Assembly: GCA_010909165.1 (NCBI GenBank) | Contig: MU008162.1 | Location: 1,302,001 to 1,366,000 of the forward strand | Origin: Anthoceros angustus | Taxonomy: Eukaryota; Plantae; Anthocerotophyta | Direction: 5' to 3' | Length of the DNA stretch: 64,000 nucleotides | Part shown: positions 23,308-38,879 of the stretch, piece after piece | Numbering within the stretch: the stretch's first letter is position 1 | Layout: every line of letters starts with the position of its first letter | The notes under the pieces: model-generated | What the model was told of the DNA's origin: nothing | Database searches by the model: none | The model's input: the letters and a program-made list of their open reading frames with translations, nothing else | Made by a program: the position numbers and the translations under genes

Positions 23308-24182
23308 CTATGACTCCGTCTGCTCCCGAAGCCTTCTGATGGTGCTGCGCACTGTTACAGCACTGGCCGTGCTGCAGGACGAGGCGACATCGCGTGTCAG
23401 AAAGGGAACCATTTAGAGACTTGCGATTCCAGACATAATAGGAAACTTGGCGACACAACTCACTTGAGAGTGTATGCACCGCCGGCCTTCACCTTCCCGC
23501 AGTCTTTGCAGTTCCAGATACCCACAGCTTTCCTCTTCACTGCGAACTGCACAGCAATACAGACTCCAGGCGAGGTCAGGGCAAGTTTAATAAATTTGTG
23601 AGCCCTGATTAGGGCAAGATGAAAACCAGAGCAGAGTGTCATGCAATTCCACAGTTCTCCTCAGAAAAAAGGCACAGTAAGCTTCAAACACAAACACAGC
23701 TGCGCTGAGGCTGGGGGAGTCCTTCAGATTTAAAAAGCTCAATTTTTGCATCCTCATGGAGGAATAGGTATTGGATCTTAGTTTCACATCATCGGTACTC
23801 AACCCCCCAGCCAGAGCTACCCGCATGGCAACCAAAGCAAAACTACCGGAGTAGCCATACCTTGCCACAAAACTCGCAGAAGTATTTTGCGTGTTGGGAC
23901 ACCTCCATCTTCTTAATCTGCTTCCGCAAACTGGCACCATATCGCGTGCCTGCAGCAACGAATCGTTTCAGCATCACCATCCGACCAAGCGACAGAACCC
24001 CAGCCCTAACGCTGCCAAAACCAAGAGTGCGGTGGCCTACCATATTTGCCGACAATACCGGCCTTCTTCGTCCGCTTCGTCTGCAAACAGCATGACAACA
24101 GTCACTCGTTCAGCACCAAGGCCGCCTCATCCACAAACCCTAAGCGCCGCTGCACGCAGCAGCAAGCAATGTCACGCACCAT
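23308..24182 (-). CDS. RPL37A: 60S ribosomal protein L37a (eL43), 5 coding exons
   Basis: ATG-only first exon, then [70 protein letters not shown] and [21 protein letters not shown]. Confidence 0.96.
23711..23810 (-). ncRNA. U36a: Intronic C/D box snoRNA, U36a/SNORD36/snR47 type (18S Am619/Am668-equivalent guide)
   Basis: C box ATGATGT(GAA) at 23792-23786; D box CTGA at 23727-23724. The guide GAGCTTTTTAA (23740-23730) is complementary to conserved 18S UUAAAAAGCUC. A terminal stem pairs ctggggg..gagt.cc with ggactcccccag. It lies in RPL37A intron 3 on the sense strand. Confidence 0.85.
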
Positions 24183-24296
24183 GTCTGCCCGTCCGGAGCT
24201 CCAGCCGCGCACACAGCTCAACTTCAGCAGGGGGGGAGAAAGAAAGACCTCTCTTGTAGGAACTAAGTTGTAGAAAAACGAAGCAAAAAGGGAAAC

Positions 24297-24319
24297 AAAC
24301 CCTAGAACAGAAACCCTAA
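24297..24319 (+). promoter_or_regulatory. Two telo-boxes (AAACCCTA) in the RPL37A/NERD1 bidirectional promoter
   Basis: AAACCCTA at 24297-24304 and 24311-24318. Telo-boxes are typical of plant ribosomal protein promoters. Confidence 0.7.
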
Positions 24320-24392
24320 CATGAACGGAACTGCAGCACGGACTGGAGCGTGAGCGGTGACCAGATGGTCCGTTGCCATTGCCGGGGCCAGG

Positions 24393-26531
24393 ATGCGGAA
24401 GCGGGATCTGGGGATCGTGTTGCTGGCTGCGTTCGCGCTGTTCTTTGCTGTGCAGAATGAAGGGAGCTTCTCGTTCAGGGAAGCTTGGTATCATCCTAGG
24501 GACGATGACACTCCGGTGAAGCACGAGGCCGAGCGGCTGCCCCCGCCGCTCGTGACGGATCTGAATGGGGACGGCAGAAGCGAGGTCATTGTGGCCACGG
24601 CGGATGCAAACCTCAGGATTCTGGATCCCCGGCTGCCCCGGCCGGATCAGGGTTTCGTGGATGCCAGGGTGCTGAAGGAGGTGTCTCTGCTGCCGGACAA
24701 GGTGCGGGTGGCCGCGGGGAGGAGGCCAGTGGCCATGGCAGCTGGATGGGTTCAGAGGTCGTACAACGGGAAGCGGAAGCAGGTCCTGGTGGTGGTGACG
24801 TCGGGCTGGGCCATTCTGTGCTTCGACCACAACCTGAACAAGATCTGGGAGAAGGATGTGCAGGATCGGTTCCCGCATGGAGCCCATCACAGGGAGGTGG
24901 CCATCTCCATCAGCAACTACACCTTGAAGCACGGGGACACGGGCATGGTGATTGTGGGGGGAAGTATGGAGGTGCAGCAGGTTTACATGGATCCGTTCGA
25001 GGAGGAGCTGCATGTGGAGCGGGAGGGTGAGAGGCATCGGGTGGGAGCCAGGGCGGATGAGAGTGCGGATGAGACGAACGGCACGGCCTCGACAAACACG
25101 AGGCACTTCTCGTACTATGCGTTCGCGGGGCTTACAGGGGAGCTGCGGTGGAGTCACAGTGGGGAGGACTTTCACAGGGATCCTGCTTCGTTGCATGATG
25201 TGGTTCCGCAGCACTTTTACAAGCTGGATGCGGCGTCCCTCAATGGGAAGCATACATCAGAGAGGGAGTGCAGGCGGTATCGTGAGTCGGTGCTGGCGGT
25301 GTTGCCGCATCGGTGGGATAGGAGGGAGGATACACGTTTGGAGCTGGCTTACTTTCCCCCGAGAGTCAGACGCAAGCATCACAAGGACCAGGGAGGGAAG
25401 AAGGATACTTTCCACACGCAGGACAAGCCTCCGGAAAAGGCTGTTCCAGGGAAGGATTCGTCCAACAAGTTCGCTCAGGCTCTCAGCAAGGCCGCTCATT
25501 TGGCAGGCACAGCGAAGGGGCAAAGGAGAGGTTTCTGGGTCTCTACCATGATCACCAATCACACTTCCTCGTCGTTGGTGCCTAATGTGGTAGTGGCCCA
25601 CCTGAAGGAGGGCATTGAGGCGGTGCACCTGGCCACTGGACGAACTATCTGCAAGCTTTATTTGACAGAAGGAGGGTTGCACGCAGATATCAATGGAGAT
25701 GGGGTGTTGGACCATGTGCAGGCTGTTGGTAGCCATGGTGCGGAACGGTTTGTACCAACAGGGATGGTCGAAGTTTTGAGGCCATGCTGGGCCGTGGCAA
25801 CGTCGGGGGTTCCTGTGCGAGAGCAGCTGTTTCACGGCCCCATTTGCAGGCACTCGGCTTTCTCAACTATCTTTCAGAAAGGAGGTCAGTTCGCCAACTC
25901 ATTCGGAGGTCGTTCCTTCAGTCGGTCTGTGGAGACAGGGCCTGTGGAGGTTGCCACCCCCGTCCTCTTTCCTCGTAGGGACGGGCACAGACGTCGTATC
26001 CATGGGGATGTCATTTTCCTAACCAGCAAGGGAGACGTAACATCTTACAGTGTGCCTCCCGATCATGGGACTCACAATCACACAGAGCCTCTCCTTCCTC
26101 TGTGGCAAGTTGCAACAGAAGCCTCTTGGATGAACCCGTCAGTTCCCGTTGGCACAGTCGTGGACAGGATTGTGCCCACCCTGGAAGCTCTTCCTTTGAG
26201 GACCCATGGCCCTCCTGAAGTGATACTGGTTGCTGGCGAGACTGAGGCTGTCATCCTTTCTCCTTCTGGAAACAAGCTTGCCGTCGTGAATCTTCCTGAA
26301 GCACCTGCTGCTCCCCTCGTCTACGCTGATTTTTCAGGTGATGGCTTGAATGATCTAATTCTGTTCGGATCTGATGGGATCTACGGTTTTGTGCAAACTC
26401 GTCAACCCGGAGCTCTTCTTTTCAGCTCCCTCCTCGCAATCCTGATAATAGTTATTGTGGTCATCTTCATCACTCAACATTTTAATGGTGCTAGAGGGAA
26501 GCCTAGAGTCGTAGACAGAAGTTTTACTTAG
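24393..26531 (+). CDS. NERD1: FG-GAP repeat protein, NERD1-like, single exon
   Basis: MRKRDLGIVLLAAF, PPPLVTDLNGDGRSEVIVAT, HADINGDGVLDHV, ADFSGDGLNDLIL and a C-terminal TM helix. The gene symbol rests on recalled similarity to Arabidopsis At3g51050. Confidence 0.85.
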   Translation: MRKRDLGIVLLAAFALFFAVQNEGSFSFREAWYHPRDDDTPVKHEAERLPPPLVTDLNGDGRSEVIVATADANLRILDPRLPRPDQGFVDARVLKEVSLLPDKVRVAAGRRPVAMAAGWVQRSYNGKRKQVLVVVTSGWAILCFDHNLNKIWEKDVQDRFPHGAHHREVAISISNYTLKHGDTGMVIVGGSMEVQQVYMDPFEEELHVEREGERHRVGARADESADETNGTASTNTRHFSYYAFAGLTGELRWSHSGEDFHRDPASLHDVVPQHFYKLDAASLNGKHTSERECRRYRESVLAVLPHRWDRREDTRLELAYFPPRVRRKHHKDQGGKKDTFHTQDKPPEKAVPGKDSSNKFAQALSKAAHLAGTAKGQRRGFWVSTMITNHTSSSLVPNVVVAHLKEGIEAVHLATGRTICKLYLTEGGLHADINGDGVLDHVQAVGSHGAERFVPTGMVEVLRPCWAVATSGVPVREQLFHGPICRHSAFSTIFQKGGQFANSFGGRSFSRSVETGPVEVATPVLFPRRDGHRRRIHGDVIFLTSKGDVTSYSVPPDHGTHNHTEPLLPLWQVATEASWMNPSVPVGTVVDRIVPTLEALPLRTHGPPEVILVAGETEAVILSPSGNKLAVVNLPEAPAAPLVYADFSGDGLNDLILFGSDGIYGFVQTRQPGALLFSSLLAILIIVIVVIFITQHFNGARGKPRVVDRSFT

Positions 26532-27042
26532 GGCGACGTTGTACCTGATAACATAACCTTGCTCACTTTAATGCATCATCACGATCCGCTGGTCTGTAGA
26601 TAGCACTCAATTGGATGCCAAGAATTAGTACTCGCCTAGTACCTAGGTAGTTCAGTGGGACGATGGTTTAACAACTTCATAACTCTGTATAGTGTTACAC
26701 TGTTAACAAATGTGAAATACATGCCCACAAAGCGGAGAGTATGATTCTGTGTGCAGGAAGTTTGAGGTCATATTGGACTTCGTTCGTACTCCAAGCTGAA
26801 ACCTTTCTTTGCAATTTTCACACACTGCCGCAAAAAGACGAGCAGAAACAAAGCCAGTCTGCTTGCTCTGCGCAGCGTCCTAGCTCAGGAGCATCAGAGA
26901 CGCCCGCTGTAGTAGTCCTCGACCTGTGCAGGTGATGAACCGTAACTATCTGCGAGCAACCCGTGTCCCAATTGCAAGTGGCATTGAGCTGCATGGGTTT
27001 CCATAGCTTGCTCCCAACCAATCTCCAGCCCACCGACTGGAC

Positions 27043-27908
27043 CTAAAAATCAAGTCCATTTTCCCTTGCAGCATCAGCCAGGGCCTGAATCCTTCCGTGG
27101 TATACAAAACCGCCCCTGTCAAAGGCAACCTTGCTGATCCCCTTCTCTGCGCACGCCTTGGCTATCTCTGCACCTACTCTCTTGGCGGCCTCCTGATATC
27201 AAATCGCATTAGAATAGTGAAGCGGAAGAAGGACAGGCACGGCACGGCACAGAAACAAACATCACGGCATCCACAGCCACTCACAATCGTAGGGCCGGCA
27301 GACAGCTCCAACTCCTGCCGCAGCGCCTTCTGTGCAGTCGAGGCCGCAGCCAGGGTGGAGGAAATAGTGTCATCAATCACTTGCGCATAAATGTGCTTGT
27401 TGGATCGGTACACTGCGAGCCGTGGCCTTTCGGAAGTCCCGTTCAACTGCAAAACGCAGCGCAACAGCAAGAGAAAGTGAAAACCCTGCCATCTCCGTCC
27501 CAACCAGCTCACAATGCCCGCCATCACACCGCACCTTCTTCCGAATGCGCCTGTGCCGCACTTTGGTGGACTCCCGCCGTGTCGGATTCCTGGCCTCAAT
27601 CCTCAACGGCGCCTGCAGCAACCCTGCTTCCACATACACACATTCCATCCCCGTCATCCACCAAGCACCAAACCCTGCCGAGACGCCTTCCTGCGAAGAC
27701 GTCTCAGTCTCAACTGCGAAGCAGCAGCAGCACACAAACACAATCGGTCACCTGCGGAGCGCGAGGGAGCTGCAGCCGCGGCTGGCAGCCGGCACGCAAA
27801 GCTCTTCGCAGATGAGAGCCCGGAAAAATCCTTCGCCGAAGAACCGGCTTTGATGGAAAGCGACGCCATGGACGTTGCCACCGCTGCCATCGCCGTCGCC
27901 GCGGCCAT
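27043..27908 (-). CDS. RPL18: Plastid 50S ribosomal protein L18 (nuclear-encoded, with transit peptide), multi-exon
   Basis: Ala/Ser-rich transit peptide; [33 protein letters not shown]; [26 protein letters not shown]. Confidence 0.93.
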
Positions 27909-28440
27909 GCCTTGAAGTTCCTTCCCCTTCCTTCGCCTCCCGTCTCCTCTCCCTCCTCCCTATCCGCTTCATCCATTCTCACGACCCGGATTTACTATTA
28001 TCTACATTCACACCACGGTTAAAACGAGTAAGAAAATGGAAAAGGCATTTCAGAACACACACGCAGTCTCCTGTCTCATTGACTGTCCCAACAGCTCTCC
28101 AGAAGCCTCGACAACCAGTAGGCTCTGTGGCGACTGTCCAGCGAACTTGACCGCAATGCAAAGAGTCCGGCCTCGAATCTGGGAAGCTTCCTGGAAACGA
28201 CTCGCACCATGCAAGGAACTAGCGGATTGCGGACGGTTACCGGTAGGGAAGCCTATAAAACAGCTTGGGATGACAATATCAAGACAGCGCAAGCATCAAG
28301 GCATTCCTCCTGCACTGACTGAGGAAGAGGAAGGGCCAGATTCTGCGAATTCTATAAGAGAGGGTGTTGCTAACATCTAGTGTGAGCTGCTGGGAGTCTG
28401 ATTGTTGCTGGAACTGCCGTTTGCTGCTGCTGTTTCCACG

Positions 28441-29184
28441 ATGGCGAGCAAGATCCAGCTCTACAGCCTGGCCACTCCGAACGGCGAGAAGGTGAGGGAC
28501 ACAGACGCAGCTTTGAGCTTGAGCAGCAAATTAGGGGAGGAGGGAGGGTTTCTCATGTTCGTTGCTGTGTGGATTTTGCAGATAAGCATCGCTTTGGAGG
28601 AGGCCGGGCTGGCGTACGACGCGCACACGGTGAACATTTGGAAGAACGAGCAGTTCTCGCCGGAGTTCGTTGCTGTGAACCCGAATTCCAAGATCCCTGC
28701 CATCACCGATCCCAACGGGCCAGGAGGGAAGCCTATCAGTGTGTGGGAGAGTGGAGCCATTCTGCAGTACATTGCGGAGAAGAGCGGGAAGCTGCTGCCG
28801 AAGGATGAGGCCCTTAAGTGGGAGGCCATTCAGTGGGTGTATTTCCAAGTGGCGGGGATCGGGCCCATGCTGGGGCAGTTCGGGCACTTCAACAGGCTTC
28901 CCAAGGAGAAGATGGACCACCCCTACCCCGTAGAGCGCTACAGGACCGAGGTGCTCCGCCTGTTCCAGGTGCTGGAGACCCGCCTGCAGGGAAGGAAGTA
29001 CCTCGTCGGGGAGGAGTACACCATTGCTGACATCGCCTCCTTCCCCTGGCTCTGGCTCTACTTCTCGCATCCCCAGCTGAAGGATCCTTTGAACATAGCT
29101 TCTCTGCCGAATGTGGTGGCATGGCTGGAGCGAATTGCGGCAAGGCCCGCCACCAAGCTGGGCCTCGGAGTCTGTCCGTTCTAG
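28441..29184 (+). CDS. Ure2p/YfcG-type glutathione S-transferase; one 90-nt intron at 28492-28581
   Basis: MASKIQLYSLATPNGEK-ISIALEE, VNPNSKIPAITD, VWESGAILQYIAEK, WVYFQVAGIGPMLGQFGHF, YTIADIASFPW. Confidence 0.92.
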   Translation: MASKIQLYSLATPNGEKVRDTDAALSLSSKLGEEGGFLMFVAVWILQISIALEEAGLAYDAHTVNIWKNEQFSPEFVAVNPNSKIPAITDPNGPGGKPISVWESGAILQYIAEKSGKLLPKDEALKWEAIQWVYFQVAGIGPMLGQFGHFNRLPKEKMDHPYPVERYRTEVLRLFQVLETRLQGRKYLVGEEYTIADIASFPWLWLYFSHPQLKDPLNIASLPNVVAWLERIAARPATKLGLGVCPF

Positions 29185-29221
29185 GATCAGTCCATACCCA
29201 GGAAGGAAACTTTTGTTTACA

Positions 29222-29285
29222 CTCGTTCCTAGGTAGCTAGTCTATATATGTATCTATATATGTATGTATATATGTATGTGTAGAG
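29222..29285 (+). repeat. TA/TATG microsatellite
   Basis: ctatatatgtatctatatatgtatgtatatatgtatgtg. Confidence 0.75.
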
Positions 29286-29417
29286 TACTTGTTTTCCATA
29301 ATCCTTATGAGCTGAACGGCTTCCCATTCGGTTTTCCGTGCACTGTGACTTGGTCGCTAAGTCAGATAAAGTAAGCGAATCCTCGGAAGGCTACTGCGAG
29401 CATAGCAAGTTCTGGCC

Positions 29418-33623
<4,206 letters not shown>

Positions 33624-34342
33624 CTTTGCCACTATCATACGATGCTCACCTCACGTGACTTCCTCCTCCGTTTGGTTTTCCAACAACGGCTGTTACGGTT
33701 TCTACGCAGGAGAACTGCGCACAACTGTCAGAATGCATGTTAGAGGGTACGTACGAATGTATGCAGAAGATCTTCGTTGTATTCATGTCGTTGGGCTGGG
33801 AGAAATATATCTGGATGTACTGTACGTATATCAGATTATGTAACCCTTAATCTTGCCGGTGAGAGTTGGTATCAGTTGTGTTTGAACGAAGATCATATCT
33901 TCCTTCGGAGACTGAAATATTTCAATGTGATAGGTTAGCAACAATATTTATTTCGCGTCGGAAAGAAGCTACTAGCCAATCATAGGGTCAGCTTGCTTCC
34001 AGCAGCCTTAGGCCCGATGACTCCATTGGGCAGGCGAGAAGCTTTCAGAAGCGTCTCTGTGGCTGAAAGTTGAGCTCAAGCTCATCTACCATCAATCTTG
34101 TTGAGTCACTTATTTTCAATATCCCAATTTGGGATGCTGCGCACAGAACAGCAATGTCCATAAATACGTGTCTTCTGCAGAAATGGAAAAAATGGAGAAC
34201 TTTGCGTCGCATTCGCAACCACCTGCAGAGAGCCTATATCTTAGACTTTAGACTCAAGCCCCTACAGGGGCCGTTGCGCATCCCCTACCACGGGGAGCCT
34301 ATGCTACGAAAAGGAAGAGACCCCCAGCATGACAAGCCTCCC

Positions 34343-37300
34343 TCAGAACAGCTCTTCCGAATTGAACTTGTTCCATGCTTCCTGCATGGCAAACCCAAAG
34401 TTTCAGAACTCACACTACAGGAATCTCAAAAATCCCACAGCAGACGAAAGATAGGGTTTCATTGAATCTCAGGTGCCCTTTCAGTACCTTAAGTAGATCG
34501 AATACTTTCTCTGCTATGTACTTTTGCTGCACTGTGGCCCCTTTCTGCTGGACCTTGTCTGGGTGCACACACAAGGTTGCCTTTCTGTATATCTTCTTCA
34601 CAGATGCAGCTGTCATCAAGTCTGCTAGGGATACCTGTTGCCATCCACACTCTGGCCACAGAACCTGCCGACAGGCCACACCGAATTTTAGATTATGGCG
34701 CCCGTCATTCACGAAAACTTCGGATTTTGACCCACAATTGAACGCTGACGGAATACATGTGCACTGCCTTACGTATTGCAGGCTGGACAGCAAAGCACGA
34801 AGGTTTCCCTCCTTCCCCGCTGCCCACTTCCGTATCTCCGCATCAAGTACCTCCCCAGCCCTCTGCAAACATCAAAAGCCACTGAACTTCATAACCTAGT
34901 GAAGAGGAAGCACGAACAACAGGGGTTGGCACTTGATAACTTGTGCTAGACGAGAGGAGTTATATTGCTCACATGCTTCTCAGCTTGCTCCCGCTGCATG
35001 TCGAGTTCCCTTTGATTCTTCTCTGCTAGCGCCTTGGCCTGCAAAATCAATGCTACATCAGGCCCTGACTAGCTACAAGGCAGAGCTCAACCCTAGAGCA
35101 TGAACGAAAGGCCTGACATCCAGGAAGGGATGCCAGAGATGAATCACACGTACCGCCCGCTCCATTGTTCGCTGATGGCGCTCCCACCTTGCTTTCCTCC
35201 GATCTGGAGCCTCCCCATCTACCTCCTGGAAGTCTTCTTGCACAGGAGGACCTGTATTATCAGGTTGTCAGAACATAATAAATAATGCTATGGAGGATAC
35301 ATGTCCCCCAACCATTTATGCCAGGAAACCACGACAGGATCCATAGTTTCTCACTGAAAAGGGAGGTCCAGTCGTCAGCCGTATTTGTAGTGGATGGCCC
35401 TTTACTCACACCAGCTGTTGAGGATGACGCTCTCCGTTGCTGCTCGTTGACAAAGGCCTGACTCGGTCTCTGACTCGATGAATGGTCCTGATAAAGGTCA
35501 GCAAAGCGGATCAAGAGATGTGGCTTCCCAGCTGGAGATCATGAGAGAAGGATATTTACCTGATTGGATGGGCGATGCTGCGGATCACTGTTCGCTCGCG
35601 TGCTGAAGAGCTTGTGGAAGTCATCCCCCATACGTTGCTGGTCCTTTGCACGCTCTCTCTCCATCCTCTCACGAGCTTCTGCGGCAGCTTTCTCTGCAGC
35701 AGCTTTCTCTGCAGCAGCTCTCTCTGCAGCAGCTCTCTCTGCAGCAGCACGGTCAGCCGCTGCCTTCTCTGCAGCAGCAGCAGCAGCTCTGTCAGCAGCA
35801 GCCCGGGCAACTGCCCTCTCTCTTGCTTCTGCAGTGGCTTTTTCCACGGCAGCCTTCTCTGCTTTCTCCCGAGCCTCAGTGGCTGCTCGTTCCCTTGCTT
35901 CTGCTGCTGCCATCTCCAATGCAGCTCTTTCAGCTGCTCGATCCTTCTCCCGTTCTCTCTCCCGCTCCTTCAGCTGCTCGATCCGCAACCTCTCTTTCTC
36001 CCTCTCCTCTTTGGCCTCACGCTCTTCTTTTTCTCTGGCCATTGCTTTAGCTATCATAGCCTCTCGCTGCTTCTCTTCTCTTCCCTTCTCACGAGCTTCC
36101 TTGGCTAGCCTTATTTTAACCTCTGCTCGCTCCATGGCATCCCTTATTTCAGTGGGAGCCCCAGCAGCAATCTGTCCAGTCTCCAATTCCCCTTCTGGAG
36201 ACGTGTTGAAGCCTGACTTGCGCAGGACACCAGATACAAACTCCTCCAACCCTTCTACACCTCTGGCTGCTGCTGCAGCCATGACATCACTACCGACTGC
36301 CGGGCCCGAAGAAGAAGAGGAACAAGATCCCATGCTGGAGGGCCCAGAGTTCTGGTCCATGGACTCAGGAATGCTTACATTACCAGGGTATCCATTCAAA
36401 TGGGCAAAGCGCATCCTCCCTGGTCTCGGTGCTCGGCGAGCCGGTGGAGGCTGACTTGAAGGTGCTGTCTTCAGCGTCACGTCGTCAATTGTCACCCAAC
36501 CCGGCTCAAACGCGGGTTGTCTCCTGTCTGTGTCCAAGAAGGCTGACTGATGCCCCGAGCTGAAGGGGGCAGGGAAATTCCCCGAGCCTTCTCTGCTGAT
36601 GGGCTGTGACGCTGAGCCCACCGACTGCCTGCGCTGCTCTCTAAGAGAGCGTGCTGACCTTGCAAGTTGCGGTGCACCAAATCCGTCGCTCCCATCCCTG
36701 TCAGGAGAACTGGCACGCTCCAACGAGCTCTGCACAGCATCACTCGCCGTGCGACCTGACTGCTGCTGCCAAAGGAAGACGGTAGGATCGACATTGCCAG
36801 CTCCCTCTCCCACCTCGAATGGATGAACGTTGTCTGGATGCTGCGAAGACAGCGAACCTGCATTTCGACTGCGCAGCAGCGAGCAGGCATGAGAAGAAGA
36901 AAACAGGAGCGTGAATTCCCAAAACCCTACCACCTCCAGAGCCACCAGAGAGCACGCTCAAGCTACATACCACTGACCTAAGGCGTGCAGAAGATCAAGA
37001 GCATGACAGGGAACATGTCTGGGGAGAAGGATGGGGAGAAGGCCTGCTTTGCACAAGCGTCAAGTATCGCGGAGGCACCAGCCAGCATGTGCTGCTCAGC
37101 AGCTCTCTACAAAGCATGACAAGAACATGCTACACGTTAAGGCTGCACTTCACAGCACAGGAGAGCACAGCACCGCACCGCACCGCACAGCAGAGCACAG
37201 CACACCACAGCATGCCTCGGGAGAGCAGGACGGAAAGGAAGGCCTGCCTTGCCTTGCGCAGCCCGCATCAAGCAGCCAAACCGCATCCAAAACAGCATCG

Positions 37301-38104
37301 AGGTGAGGACAAGGAGCCAGCATGCTTCTCAAAACCTCTCCACCAAGCATGGCAGGGCATGCTCACACGCAGAAGCTTCAACACATGGTGCTACATCCAT
37401 AGCCGGCAAGGGGTGACCAAGAAAGCAGCAAGCAGTACGTACTTGTTGGCCCTGGCCGGTTCCGCAGCATGCACACTTGCCCCTCCTCCCAAAAATCCTC
37501 CACTTCCGCCTCTGCCGGCAGCAATTCCAATTCCACCCAGCAATTCATCGACAGGGGAGCTGGAGGAAGGCCCTGCTCCTGCTCCTGATCCTGTTCCTCC
37601 GCGGAAGACATCATCGAAGGCCGCCGGAGACGTCCTGGCCCCAGGCGCACCCACACCCGCAACCACCTCTTCATCATTGTACAGAGGCCTGTGGAATGCA
37701 GGCCAATTGGAGCTCCTGGCCCGCGCGGACTGCGTCCTGGAAGGGACCCTAAAGACGCTATCCTCCGCATTGCCAGAAGCAGCAGCCAGGCGATGCCTGG
37801 AGGAGGAGGAGGGAGAGTACTTGGTCGAGGGCGGGCCTCCGAACACATCGTCGTACCCAGCAGCAGCAGCAGCAGCCTTGGCCGCCCCGAGGTGATCGCT
37901 GCTGTTGCCCCTGGCAGGAGCCCTGGCATTGGAGAAGAGCAGCCCGTCCGGCCCGTCCCCGTTCCTGGCACTCCCAGCTCTCCCGTTCTCCCCGCTCCCA
38001 CCAGCAGCCGCAGCGGCCAGCCCCCTCGCAGCTGTCATCGGGGCCGCCTTCCCCTGCGGCTTCAATCCGTAATCTCGCTGCAGAATGTTGGCAAATTCCT
38101 CCAT
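34343..38104 (-). CDS. Auxilin-like J-domain protein (clathrin uncoating co-chaperone), multi-exon
   Basis: [24 protein letters not shown]-terminus; AAAE(K/R) coiled-coil repeats; [53 protein letters not shown]. Confidence 0.93.
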
Positions 38105-38299
38105 GCCTTCCGATCTGCGGGGGGCCGACCTGTGTCCCCCAAGCACCATGCCAATCAATCCGCTCCTCCTCCCGCCTTCCCGCAGCTGGGCGGAGGCAGC
38201 GATGCTACTCCTGCTCCGCAGCCACGTCAGGCGACATCCCACGGCTCAAGCGCGCCCCTCGGCGCCTCATCACGACCACCCAGATCCAGCCAGGCGCCC

Positions 38300-38375
38300 G
38301 CCTCCCTTCCTTCCTTTCTTCCTTCCTTCCTTCCTGCCTTCCTGCCTTCCTGCCTGCCTTCCTTCCTTCCTTCCA
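38300..38375 (+). repeat. (CCTT/CCTG)n microsatellite upstream of the auxilin-like gene
   Basis: ccttccttcctttcttccttccttccttcctgccttcctgcc... Confidence 0.85.
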
Positions 38376-38879
38376 AGGCAAAGGGCAAGGCAATGCGCAC
38401 CAGCCCAGCAGCCCAGCAGGCAGCCCAAGGAGCGAGAGCAGCGAGAGGGAGGGAATGCTGCCCGGGCAATTGCGGGGGAGTGGAGTCAGGGAAGCGGGAC
38501 ACCAGAATGAGATGCTCATCAGCTCAGCAAAAACGCAGCATTCAAGGGACTGCCTGGCTTAAAAGGACGTGTCAAAGCTGGCAAAGCAAAGCACGGTCTC
38601 ACACAGTCATGGGTCAGGCTGGGAGCCTCTCTCTGTCAAACTTAAACAGGGGCCCAAGACCAGGCCCGGAACCCGGGAGCAGGCCCGAGACCAGGCCCCG
38701 CCTGCATTTGCCTGTAACAAGGAAGGCCTTCCTTCTTCCGTTGTGGTGCTTCTGGCTTGGGGGTTTGCAGCATGTGGCAACCCCCGCCTTTGGGGTGGAG
38801 GTGGAGGATTTCTCTATCAGCTCCCTGCCTCCATGATCACCTGGGAAGGAAAGGCCTTGGTTGAGGCCAGACGGGGGCT

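Noticed and set aside
23580-23595. Second CTGA box with short 18S complementarity in RPL37A intron 3
   Set aside because: Only about 7 nt pair, with no convincing C box or terminal stem.
24102-25253. 383-aa minus-strand ORF overlapping the NERD1-like gene
   Set aside because: It is an antisense shadow of a GC-rich CDS.
35564-36454. Ala/Ser-rich 296-aa plus-strand ORF
   Set aside because: It is the antisense reading of the auxilin AAAE(K/R) repeats.
37691-38836. 381-aa plus-strand ORF
   Set aside because: It spans antisense auxilin exon 1 and a CCTT microsatellite, and is low complexity.
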